From positions 966,149 to 998,148 of the forward strand of contig GG663736.1 of assembly GCA_000151265.1 (NCBI GenBank): a DNA stretch of 32,000 nt. The letters run 5' to 3'. Both the position numbers and the translations under genes were made by a program. Positions 1-9,670 of the stretch are shown in pieces. Numbering within the stretch: position 1 is the stretch's first letter; every line of letters begins with the position of its first letter. The DNA is from Micromonas pusilla (Eukaryota). The notes under the pieces were generated by a model. That model was not told the origin of the DNA and ran no database searches. It saw nothing but the letters and a program-made list of their open reading frames with translations.

Positions 1-275
1 AAGTACGAGTACGAAAGTACGAAAGTACGGAAGTACCTTCGTATATTGAAGTACTGTATTCTATACCTTGACAGTACCTTGACCAACGAGAGGTGCGAAG
101 ATAGGGCCTTAGCCCTACAGAAGTACGGCGGACTTCCGGAAGTACACGACCATACCTATTTTCGTACAACGTTAACGTTGTACGTGCACAACGTACGTGT
201 ACACGTACAGCTTTACACGATCAGTTTCATTTATTGTACACGTACACGTACATGTCACGTACGTGTACAGTATGA
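1..275. repeat. GTAC-anchored palindromic module array (runs off left edge)
   Basis: Reiterated GTACGAAAGTAC, GGAAGTACCTTCGTA and GTACACGTAC/GTACGTGTAC units. ORF 46..321 is a translation artefact of this array. Confidence 0.8.
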
Positions 276-618
276 AGCTATGAACCAATTGTGGTTCCGC
301 CACCATTTCAATCAGTCGTAGATTAATACGTACTCAAGTGTTGTGAAGGATCGACTTATTGATTGTATCCTGTGAGTGTATTATCAGACTATAAATATGA
401 GTGAATATGCGAGGGCATCACATCAATAGAAAGTGTATGTGTTTTTGACCCACCCGTTTGTCCTAAAGTAGTAAAATGGGTCATGGCTAATTTTGAGTGC
501 AGGTTAACAACTTTCATCCTCGCACTTTCAACAAATCGCGGTCGGTCGCAACCCTACGAGGAGTGCCGCTGTGCCCTGTCCATGACCTAGACTATGCGGC
601 CCTTTTGGCCAAATATCA

Positions 619-860
619 CGTATCTGGGCACGTGACTTTTTAAATAGACTGGAAATTGCGAACGCACAGCCGTCGTAGTCATGACCAAAAAACTGTGGGG
701 CGAGGAAACTTCCGATACTCTTGTCGCACTAGCTAGCTGCGTATCTGGGCACGTGACTTTTTAAATAGACTGGAAATTGCGAACGCACAGCCGTCGTAGT
801 CATGACCAAAAAACTATGGGGCGAGGAAACTTCCGATACTCTTGTCGCACTAGCTAGCTG
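619..860. repeat. Tandem duplication, 2 x 121 bp
   Basis: Copies 619-739 and 740-860 are identical except G695 versus A816. Each copy carries a CACGTG core (629-634, 750-755) and ends in CTAGCTAGCTG. Confidence 0.9.
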
Positions 861-1105
861 GTTACGAAGGTACGAAGGTACTGAAGTACCGAAGTACTTT
901 CGTACGAAAGTACTTCCGGAAGTACTTCCGGAAATACTTCCGTACGAAGATAGATAGACTACGAGCTAGAGACTTACGAAAGGATTTCCGGAAGTACGAA
1001 AGTACTTCTGGAAGTACCTTCGTAGAGAGCTATACTTCCGTTAGCTACTTCCGTACTGCGAAGGTACTTTCGTACTTTCGTACCTTCGAAGGTATCTAGC
1101 TAGAT
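861..1105. repeat. GTAC-anchored palindromic module array
   Basis: GTACGAAGGTAC, GTACTTTCGTACGAAAGTAC and GTACTTCCGGAAGTACTTCCGGAA units, ending in CCTTCGAAGGTATCTAGCTAG. Confidence 0.8.
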
Positions 1106-1299
1106 ACTGCGGAAACTTAAAGTGGGTTCTGTACTGTTTAGTTTGTAGTACTTATCCCAGACTACTGTTCCTAATGATACGTCGCCTATCGAGGATACGT
1201 CGGTGGGTTCCTTGTGCGTGTTCTGTGTCTTGAATAATTATAATAATAATGAGCTGTCGGGTGGACTCTCTATCTATCTTTGTAGTAGACTAGTGTATT

Positions 1300-1565
1300 G
1301 CACTACGTACTGTGTAGTGTGTACTGTCTGACAGTTCTCAGAAGTACTTTCGAAAGTACTTTCGTACGTAGCTACGTAGTGCGTATGTACTGTAGTACGA
1401 AAGTACTTTCGTACGAAAGTATCTATACTTTCGTACGAAAGTACTTTGAGAGTACCTTCGAAGGTACTTTCGTACTTTCGTACTTTCTTACTTTCGAAAG
1501 TACTTTCGTACGAAGGTAACTCACTGCACTCACTCTCAAGGCGGAATACCTTCGTACGAAGATAG
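1300..1565. repeat. GTAC-anchored palindromic module array
   Basis: AGTACTTTCGAAAGTACTTTCGTAC and GTACGAAAGTACTTTCGTACGAAAGTA units. It generates ORF 1298..1519 and the repeat-encoded tail of ORF 1423..2331. Confidence 0.8.
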
Positions 1566-2389
1566 ATACTTGTAGCACTCTTGTAGCCCTATTTATGTCT
1601 AGTTGCTTTGGCTTCTTCCAAAACATCATACTGTAGACCTTGTCCAGATAAACTTTTAACCAATATGTAAGGTAAAATATTTCCTTGTATCCCTTAGCAA
1701 CATCTACGGTGAAGCGAAATGTTTGAGTGTCATTGTAAAGGGGTCGTCCATAATCCCCTGTCGTTGACATAAGAGCTCCAGTTCGCTGGTCAAACACTCG
1801 CTCTTCGGTAAGCTCAACAAAACCTCGCGGTGGAGTGTTAAACCTCGTGTCGTTCAAGAGGGAGTCATCACTCCTCTTTGCGAGTTGAGCGTCGTCACAG
1901 TGACGACATTTTGGAAAACCGTGTATTACAAACACGAGTTCCTCGCCGCCCTCTTGCGGAGAGATTTGTTCAGTTCCCTGTTGGTCGCCAGCTTTTGATG
2001 CGGCATCCGCCTCATCTCCGTCTGCGTCCAAGTCGTCAAGAAGCGGTGGTGCGACAGCCGCGCTGGTGGGCATTTCGGCAGAGTTCATCATTCCCTCGCC
2101 TCCATCGCCGTCAGTTGGCGACGGTGAAGTTGTTTCCTCGGCGGCGGACGGAGCGGGGGGCGAAGATGGTAGGGGCGGAGCTGACCCATCTGTAAAGACC
2201 TCTGATGAATCTCTTTCAACCACGGGGGGGGGGGGGTGAAGATGGTGGGGACGGAGCTGACCCATCTGTAGTATTGTGAAAGACTTCTCCGATGTCTCTC
2301 GCCAAGCAAGGCTTCGCAAAGCCCACGGCAAGAAGAAAAAGAATTAAGAAACTCCCCTGTTTGCGTTTCGTCTCGTTCGGCGGGGGCAT
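1423..2389 (-). CDS. Hypothetical secreted protein with Pro/Ser-rich 25-aa repeats; reading frame broken at a C13/G13 homopolymer
   Basis: ATG at 2389 opens MPPPNETKRKQGSFLILFLLAVGFAKPCLA (signal-peptide-like), followed by RDIGEVFHNTTDGSAPSPPSSPPPP. That frame stops just past the homopolymer at 2224-2236. ORF 1423..2331 continues in another frame with the same repeat (RDSSEVFTDGSAPPLPSSPPAPS), an acidic linker, and a Cys-containing C-terminal domain I cannot assign to a family. The 3' end is uncertain: the last ~45 codons are translated GTAC repeat, and a GTGAGT donor-like site lies near 1535. Confidence 0.4.
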
Positions 2390-2448
2390 CGTGCCTGGTG
2401 CGGGGCGAAGTGAAAACCTAACCAAAACTACGGGGGGAAGTTCAGTAA

Positions 2449-2770
2449 AAGTTCAGTCAAGTTCAGTAATTTCCCAAAAAATAGGCGAAAATGGGAAATG
2501 GGGGGTAGTCCCGTCCAAAATGAAACCAAAATGAGACAGCAGACAGATAGACAGATAGACAGCTATACCAGAAGTTTCCTATAAACTGAAAACTGAATAC
2601 TGAAGTTCAGTAGTTCAGATACATTTGTAGAAAATCTTTTGAAACCCCTGTCTAACTGTCTATCTGTCTGCTGTCTAAAATTGGTCTCAAAAATGACGGG
2701 ATTTCCCTCCACCCTCCCCGCCCATTCCGCCGAAAATGACTGAGCTTGACCGAACTTGACCGAACCTTGT
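2449..2770. repeat. Long imperfect foldback (inverted repeat) of about 320 bp
   Basis: Centre at 2605 inside TACTGAAgTTCAGTA (2598-2612). Perfect 21-bp arms are AGACAGCAGACAGATAGACAG (2534-2554) and CTGTCTATCTGTCTGCTGTCT (2656-2676); they extend to 29 bp with one mismatch (2534-2562 / 2648-2676). The outer arms still pair imperfectly: GTTCAGT x3 at 2449-2469 against TTGACCGAACTTGACCGAAC around 2745-2765, and CCCGTCC against GACGGG. Confidence 0.8.
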
Positions 2771-2816
2771 CCCCCGTCCTCCGTGCTTGTTTCGTGGTTG
2801 GTATGAAATGGGGCCT

Positions 2817-2871
2817 CACAGAAGTCTCACAGAAGCCCCACAGAAGACCCACAGAAGCCCAACAGAAGACC
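2817..2871. repeat. 11-nt tandem repeat x5 (CACAGAAGNCC)
   Basis: Units are CACAGAAGTCT, CACAGAAGCCC, CACAGAAGACC, CACAGAAGCCC and AACAGAAGACC, read directly from the sequence. Confidence 0.85.
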
Positions 2872-2940
2872 CCCAATTTAGATGATTTTCGTGTGATTTT
2901 GAAAACCCCAATTTTAGATGATTTTCGTGTGTTTTTCTAA
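2871..2940. repeat. 35-nt tandem repeat x2, with degenerate copies to about 3006
   Basis: CCCCAATTTAGATGATTTTCGTGTGATTTTGAAAA (2871-2905) and CCCCAATTTTAGATGATTTTCGTGTGTTTTTCTAA (2906-2940). Weaker CCCC..GATTTT..G units follow. GTGATTTTCGT recurs at about 3131-3141, with shorter GTGATTT matches near 2986 and 3052. Confidence 0.8.
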
Positions 2941-3464
2941 CCCCCGATTTTTGGTTTTGAAACCCCTGATTTGGGGGTTTTTCCCGTGATTTTGAGGTGT
3001 TTTTCAACAGCTCAAAAACTTCGCAGGGCTTAAAGAGGTGCTACAGATTTCCGTGATTTCTGCGTCAGCATAGCTCACGGAGGTTTGTAGAGGTCTGGGT
3101 CGCTACGCTCCAGATACGCCCCCGAAGTCTCGTGATTTTCGTAAGGTTTTGGTCTTATTACAGAGTTAAATCTACTCCTCCATTTTCGCCAGTTTCTTCT
3201 CCAATCCCTTCATAGCCTCCTCGTGCGTCTTCGGCTTATTTTCTTTAAAGTACAACGTTGTACGAAGGTAGTCTTCAATACACTTTTCCCATACGCTTTC
3301 ATCTATCGTAGCAAGCTTCACCGCTAAATTAATTGGAATAGATAGTATACTGTATTTTGGTTTGGAGGCGACTTCACTTAGGTTTCCAATTTTCATTTTT
3401 TGGTTTTTAGAAAACCCTAAAATTGATACAAAAATCACCTATCAAATTAGGTTTTCATAGGGAA

Positions 3465-3590
3465 GGCCTACGCCCTTTAAGCCCTGAATTAGCGTTGATG
3501 CGACAGAGTTAAGGGTGAAATGAACCCGAAGGGTTCAACCCTTTAAGCTCCGTCAATTCACGCTAATTCAGGGCTTAAAGGGCGTAGGCC
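3465..3590. repeat. 126-nt hairpin (palindromic) element, founder copy of a small dispersed family
   Basis: Perfect 30-bp arms are GGCCTACGCCCTTTAAGCCCTGAATTAGCG (3465-3494) and its exact reverse complement (3561-3590). The inner arms pair imperfectly, and the apex TGAACCCGAAGGGTTCA is itself a hairpin. Partial copies lie at 26239-26290, 20291-20317 and about 3024-3045. Confidence 0.85.
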
Positions 3591-3700
3591 AGTACGTGTA
3601 CAGCTGTACACGTGTACACTACATACACGTACTTCGTTTTGGATTTCCGTCCGTTCACGTACGTGTGTAGCTGTGTACACGTACAGTACAGCATGAATAC
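3591..3700. repeat. GTAC/ACGT palindromic module array
   Basis: GTACGTGTACAGCTGTACACGTGTACAC ... GTACACGTACAGTACAG. It underlies ORFs 3558..3758 and 3575..3787. Confidence 0.75.
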
Positions 3701-3836
3701 TAGCCCTATCATAATATTTATCAAAACAAACGCTGTACCCGGAGAGGTGGAAGGACAACGCGATAGGTGAAAACCTCGAGGATTCAAGCCGCGCGGTTCA
3801 GTATTCCTTTTTTTAGACCATGTGTACCGTGTATTT

Positions 3837-4649
3837 ATGACGTTTGGCGTATCTATTCGGGGCTCATGCCGGACGGATCATTTAGTGCTACAGAAAATGG
3901 GTTGTACGTGGCTTAGTGACGTTCTCACCTTGCGACAAGCCCGAAAGATTCAGTCGCAGACAAGTTTACGTTTTCACCGATCTATCTCTCAAACCAGAGG
4001 GACGGCGATTCCTGAATACACCATGAAATATACAGATTTCGCACAAGGTCTAAATATTTCGAAGAACACTGGGGAGATCCACCTCATCACAGGGCCCATG
4101 TTTTCTGGAAAGACAACAGAGCTTCTTGAGAGAGTCTCCCAAGAAGAGGCGCTTGGACTCGTTGTTTCACTTGTTAAGTCTTTTGAGGATTTTAGATATT
4201 CGTGCGATCATATTGTGACTCATGATGGGATTCTGCGTACATGTTTCTCAGTTGCAAAACTTAATGAAATTCGCAGCACTCTTGGCGATGCTGAGTGGCG
4301 TAGAGTCGACATTTTCGCTATAGACGAAGCACAATTCCTTCCAGATCTTCCCCGGTTCTGTGCAGCCGCAGACTCAGAGAAAAAGAAAATTATTTTTGCT
4401 GGTCTTGAGGGAGACTTTCGTCGTGAACAGTTTGGCAAACTCCTCGATCTACTACCCTTGTGTGACTCTATCTTTAAACTCTCCGCAAAATGTTGTAGCT
4501 GCAATATAAGACCCGCAACATTTACCTCACGCATATCTCCTGAAAACAACACAGCACAGCAATGTATCGGTGGCTCGGATACATATCAGACCGTTTGTAG
4601 GTCGTGCTTCGTGAGGTCGAAACTCTTTGCTTTGTACCTAGTCAAATAA
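3837..4649 (+). CDS. TK1: Thymidine kinase, TK1 type (start codon uncertain)
   Basis: ORF 3822..4649. The first ATG is at 3837, with further in-frame ATGs at 3897 and 4023. From 4023 the protein shows GPMFSGKTTELL (P-loop), IFAIDEAQF, GLEGDFRRE and C-terminal Cys pairs (CCSC ... CRSC) typical of the TK1 zinc-binding lid. No intron is needed. The Arg/Ser/Thr-rich extension upstream of 4023 may be a targeting peptide or untranslated. Confidence 0.85.
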   Translation: MTFGVSIRGSCRTDHLVLQKMGCTWLSDVLTLRQARKIQSQTSLRFHRSISQTRGTAIPEYTMKYTDFAQGLNISKNTGEIHLITGPMFSGKTTELLERVSQEEALGLVVSLVKSFEDFRYSCDHIVTHDGILRTCFSVAKLNEIRSTLGDAEWRRVDIFAIDEAQFLPDLPRFCAAADSEKKKIIFAGLEGDFRREQFGKLLDLLPLCDSIFKLSAKCCSCNIRPATFTSRISPENNTAQQCIGGSDTYQTVCRSCFVRSKLFALYLVK

Positions 4650-4840
4650 AGTTTCTGTTTGGCTGCCAAGGCAGCCCATACTATCAGATCGACGAAAACT
4701 CACTTTAAGGAAAAGCCGCAAAATCTTCACATCGCCCCGCCCTCTAAACTCACTTAGTGTAATGTACAACTAACTGTGTATATAGCTACACACTCCCTTT
4801 AAATCCTGATATTAGAGCGTAAATTGAAGGGCGCGTGACA

Positions 4841-5265
4841 ACATACTTCCGGAAGTATCAATACGTTACGTTCGAAAGTAGGAACGTACTATCTTTTAAC
4901 TACGTAGTACCTTTGCAGGTACGTACGTAGTTACGCACTACCTTCGAAGGTACGTGTACCTATTCAGCTGGACTATTTCCTCGGATACCAGAGTCTTGTA
5001 CGTATTATCTTCGAAGGTACTTCGAAGTACTTCTGGAAGTACACGTGCCTTCCAAGCAAGATAAGGTATATACTTCACCTTGGAAGGTACACGTACTTCC
5101 AGTTGTACTTCTTTATTTATTTATTTATTACGTGTACCTTCGTACCTTCGTAAGTACGAAATAAAGTTAATAAGTTGCCTTCGAAGGTACTGTAAGTTGT
5201 TACAAATAAATAATAAATCAAGTAATAATAAGGTCTTTCGTACGTGTACGTGTACAACTGTACAT
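4841..5265. repeat. GTAC-anchored palindromic module array
   Basis: ACTTCCGGAAGT, CCTTCGAAGGTAC, GTACTTCTGGAAGTACACGTG and GTACGTGTACGTGTAC units. It also contains GTAAGTTGTTAC (5192-5203). Confidence 0.8.
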
Positions 5266-5827
5266 GTGAACAGCCTAAACATTTTGCACATCTCTTGATC
5301 TAAAGGAAAGTCTTGAGCAGGAAACAGTGGAGCCCAGCCAAGTATAGTCTACCTTCGAAGGTAGCAAGATAGCTAGCTATTCAACAGAGGGCACGTTAGT
5401 TATACTTGAAGGTACATGAACAAGCCCGCAGAGCAAAGTAGAGAAAATTCCAAAGTATTTATAAAGTTGTTTCTGTGAAGATACGAAGTAAGGAGGTATT
5501 GTTGATTTTAAGAGCACAGAGGTACGACTGGTAAATTTATTTTTTATTTTGAATTTGAAATTCGACCATCTTGGCTTCCTCCAGCTTCACTAGTTCTGCT
5601 TTCAGGGAATTCGTTAAGCTGCTCTTCTTAGACAGTGTTCTTAGAAGTCTCGTTGAAGCGAGGTATTGTTCCTGTACGAGCTATTTGTAAATACAAAATC
5701 TATTCTGTCAAAACCACGCTCACGCTGAAACTCATATGACTACACGTAGAGTTGCTGAAAATCACTACTTCAGTAATACTGTACCGGATTCAAGCTCGTG
5801 ACCTTGACGGAAAAGGGAAGATTCAGC

Positions 5828-8800
5828 TTAATCCACATCCAATTTAAAAGATGTTTTACCTAGCAGTGAAAGCGCTGATGATGCGATTTGTGAGGACGAC
5901 AGCCCAGCTTCCAGGAGTTGCATTTCAAAGGCTCCAAAGGCCAGGGACAAAAAAATGTGACAAGGCGACTTGACCTCTAAATGCGAATAAACAGAGGAAA
6001 TGGTTACTCAAAGTGTGGAATGTTTTGGAGCCACACCATGTTCAATTGGCCGATCAGGAAGAGTAAGAGGACGAACCTTCACGATGAACTGGATGAGTAA
6101 AATGGCAAGAAACCGCAAAGCTCAGTAAAATATTAATCACTTCACCTTGAGGTTACCATCAAGAAGACCATCAAGAGCAAGAAACTGGAGTACGTGAGAG
6201 GCAAATCCGCCAATCGAGCCTTCTTCTACAGTGATCATAGCCGCGTGATTCTGAAGTCTTTACATCAGCTATCTGCGAGGATGATAAAACACTCCAAAAA
6301 TGGAACATACCTTCGCAAGTTGCCGAATGAGAGAAGTATCAAGTGGTTTGCAAAATCGGGCATCAGCCACTGTCACACTTATATCAAGCTCTTCGAGCAT
6401 CTATTATTCACGAAGTATTGATGAAAATGATGAAAATATTTTGCGACAACATTTATCATTATACCTTTGCTGCCTCAAGACATCTATTCGTGCATGTTCC
6501 ATATCCAAGCAAACATAAGTCAGTTCCTTCCTGTAGTATCTGACCCTTCCCTACCTCGATGACTTTACCTCGAAATATATTGTCAAGAACAGATAAAGAT
6601 TCATTTTTGAAAGTGATATTTCAGATTTTCATGTAAGGAATTATAGTTCACGTAAACTGATTTCTCTCTACCGGTACCCTGGATTTCCCATCGTGACACC
6701 CTAGTACAAGAGTCACAACAAAATGATGGCAGATATATAGTAGCATATCAAGCTTCTTTATGTAGGCCAACAGCCACCTACCTCCTCTTCTAGATCGATA
6801 CCAACGCCAGCACCGCGAGGATAACGAAAACACGAAGGCCGATCATCGATGGCAATGGAAGTAGCCACCTGAATATTAGGTTTCAAATAACATTTTCAGG
6901 GACTTTTTCTAGTTCTCACCATGTGGCAAAGCTCGGCTTCATTCATAGGTGCCATAACAACCATGTCGGGCAGACAAGCCATAAAAGCAACATCATAAGC
7001 ACCTGCATGAGTTGGACCATCTTCGCCTACTAATCCAGCGCGGTCCATAGCAAAGCGGACTGGTAACTTCTGTAAAGCCACATCGTGTACTACCTAAAAG
7101 TTGTTGGATTCTATGAGAAAACTATATGGAGTTGCATATCTTTGTTCGGGAAAAGTTGGCACCTGATCAAATCCTCGCTGCAAAAATGTCGAGTAGATCG
7201 TGCATACAGGTTTCAATCCCTCTACTGCGAGACCAGCTGCGAAAGTGACGGCATGCTGTTCCGCGATGCCAACATCAAATGTACGATCCAAAAGGCAGGG
7301 TCAGCAACACATCAGCCAAAAAAATAATACAGAATAAGATTTCCTGCATTCTGCATTCACAAACCAAACATACCGCAAAAAACCTCTCAAAGTGGTTTAA
7401 ACCAGTGCCACCACCCATGGCAGCATGGACAGCGACCACACTTTCATCGCGACTTGCTTCTCCGATCAGGGCGTCGGCAAATACTTGAGTATACGACGGA
7501 ATGCCCCCAGATGACTTCTTCTGCTTTCTATGCCAGTGTCAAACAAATGCGGAATGTAAAAAAATATTCAGAATGGTACAAGAAAGCTCCGCTAAAGATA
7601 CAGTTTCCTTACCCAGAGGCTACGTCGAACGTGGAAACTCCGTGATACTTGTCCTGTGCAGCCTCTGCATAAGAGTATCCCCGACCCTTTTCAGTCACGG
7701 TATGAATTAGCACTGGTCCAACACTTCTAGTTGACTTAACTTCCTCCAGAATAGCAACCAGGTCTTGAAGATTGTGGCCGTCCACAGTTCCAATATAGTA
7801 TAGCCTTGATAATAGAGGAGATAAGAGGAGTTAAGCACAAAAGAAGCAAGGCAACTAATTACTCACCCTAACTCCTCAAAGAGTGTCGATCCAGAGCCAC
7901 TTATCATACCGCGCGCATACTCATCAACCTTTGCTGTGACTTCTTGAACTGGAACTGGCATCTGTTTCGTTATTGCCTTGGCTGACTCATGTGCAAGAGT
8001 ACAAAAAAAAACGCTCGAGATATAAAGAAGCAAAATATCATGACTATTCTCACACCGGGGTATCCTACCCCGTAGTTCCCGGAGCGGTTTCGATGACTGC
8101 AGACGCGCAAAAGTAGAAGAGAGGGCGCCAACGGGGTCTTGATTCAAGCTGTTGTATTGGGTAGGAAGAGAAACCTGAAAATGTGAGTTGAAGAGGAGTT
8201 AGACGGATAGTCCCAGTATTTTGCATGAGATTGCAAGTAAACCTGTTGATTATCGTTCAAGATGATAATCATATTGGTATCCAAGTATCCTGCATTGTTC
8301 ATAGCTTCATAGGCCATTCCACCAGTGATGGCACCGTCACCAATCACAGCAATAACATGATTAGATCTTCCTTGCATATCCCGGGCTACTGCCATCCCAA
8401 GCCCGGCCGATATTGATGTACTGCTATGTCCGGCTCCGAAGCAGTCAAATGGACTTTCGCTTCTTTTGGTGAAAGGAGAAAGGCCTGCGATGTAGGCAGG
8501 ATAAGACTAGATCTGCCGTCGGAATTTTTTTAATGTCTTACCCCTTGTTCGCCTCATGGTGTTCATTTGTTTTCGCCTCCCAGTAAGCATCTTATGTGGA
8601 TAGGCCTATGTTGACAAACTTTAGAGAGGCTAGATCGAAGGTATCTTAAGGTTTAATAGGCTGCTGCAGACGAGGACTATTACACTTACCTGGTGGCCAA
8701 CGTCCCATATTATCCTATCCTTGAATAAGGGTCACAAACGCAAGGTCGATTCGTCAGTAAAAAGCAACTTTAATCTGCGCTAGGGGTATACAGTGAAAAG

Positions 8801-9513
8801 GTAATGCCTTACCTCAGGCTGATCAAACACGTAATTAAGAGCAACGGTGAGCTCTACAACTCCGAGACTGTTGACAGAAATGTATGTAACTGAGCGAATG
8901 AAAAAGAAAGAGTGGCCTGTCTCTAAATTGAGTCAATCATCAATTGGCCAGTCGGTATCACCTGGATCCGAGATGACCTCCAGTTTGAGAAACGTTGTAA
9001 ATTAGGTCTGCTCTTAGTTCCTTGGCAACCTGCACACGAGGAACCGTTTATCTTGAAGGGCAGCGTTAAAGATCATAAACAGTAAATCATACTCACTTGT
9101 TTAAGCTGCTCCATGCTCAGATTCTTTAAGTGGACAGGATAGTTCACAGTATCGAGCAAGGGGGTCGCCTGAAAGCAGAAATCATGGAATGCATTCCTGA
9201 AAAAAACTGTAAGTAAGTAAACGCTTATGTCTTACAGGCTTTGTCGATATCGCCCCGTATCCCTCAATCTGCGTCGAAGAAGAGCCTAAGAAGATAGAAG
9301 TGACTCAAAACAATTTGCACGCACCCCTTCAATTTGGCCATCTTCTAATTCCGATGAGACTCCTGCTATAGTAAGAAATGATCCCCTTCTCCGCCTGGAA
9401 ATTGGTTCTCCGCCAAATTTTTCAAACGAGCGGCATCCCCCGCGTTCTCGCTTCAAGAATATGTCCCGCCTCACGCTCGCAGTGAGGCTCTGAACGCCGC
9501 AAAGCGCAGACAT
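5828..9513 (-). CDS. DXS: 1-deoxy-D-xylulose-5-phosphate synthase (plastid MEP pathway), 20 exons
   Basis: Hand-assembled exon chain, 5'->3' on the minus strand: 9513-9325, 9268-9236, 9168-9097, 9029-8962, 8867-8813, 8719-8690, 8605-8542, 8484-8243, 8174-8069, 7981-7867, 7804-7613, 7527-7374, 7288-7163, 7093-6920, 6868-6778, 6568-6465, 6400-6311, 6250-6146, 6076-6037, 5931-5828. The exons sum to 2154 nt, which is 717 codons plus TAA. Diagnostic blocks include [178 protein letters not shown] and [10 protein letters not shown]. The N-terminal ~60 aa are Ser/Arg-rich and transit-peptide-like. Junctions 12/13, 15/16 and 18-20 are the least certain. Confidence 0.9.
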
Positions 9514-9670
9514 CTAAAAGGTTTTAACAGTGACTTTGAGGCGCCAAGATCGACTGTTTCTGTAGAAGAGCGCCCTCTCCTCGGCGCCCCTTCTGGTTGG
9601 GTTACTTCTGCGGAGAACCTCGCGCACTGCGTGCACCTTTGTACTCGTATTCTAGTGTCCCCGTGCGGTG

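Noticed and set aside
3172-3438. 88-aa ORF on the minus strand (74 aa from ATG 3396): MKIGNLSEVASKPKYS...EEAMKGLEKKLAKMEE.
   Set aside because: I recognise no family. It opens with GTG in the track and contains a GTACAACGTTGTAC palindromic module inside the frame. It is possibly a real small gene but is unsupported.
5537-5735. Possible two-exon micro-gene (5735-5715, 5671-5537) encoding a 51-aa coiled-coil-like peptide just downstream of the DXS stop.
   Set aside because: The model depends on a 7-codon first exon and a 43-nt intron chosen to fit. It has no homology and may simply be DXS 3' UTR.
6569-6777. Extra DXS micro-exon (GVTMGNPGY) inside the 209-nt intron 15.
   Set aside because: No combination of its GT/AG sites keeps the frame into the [10 protein letters not shown] exon. 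Alignment to plant DXS leaves no room for extra residues there.
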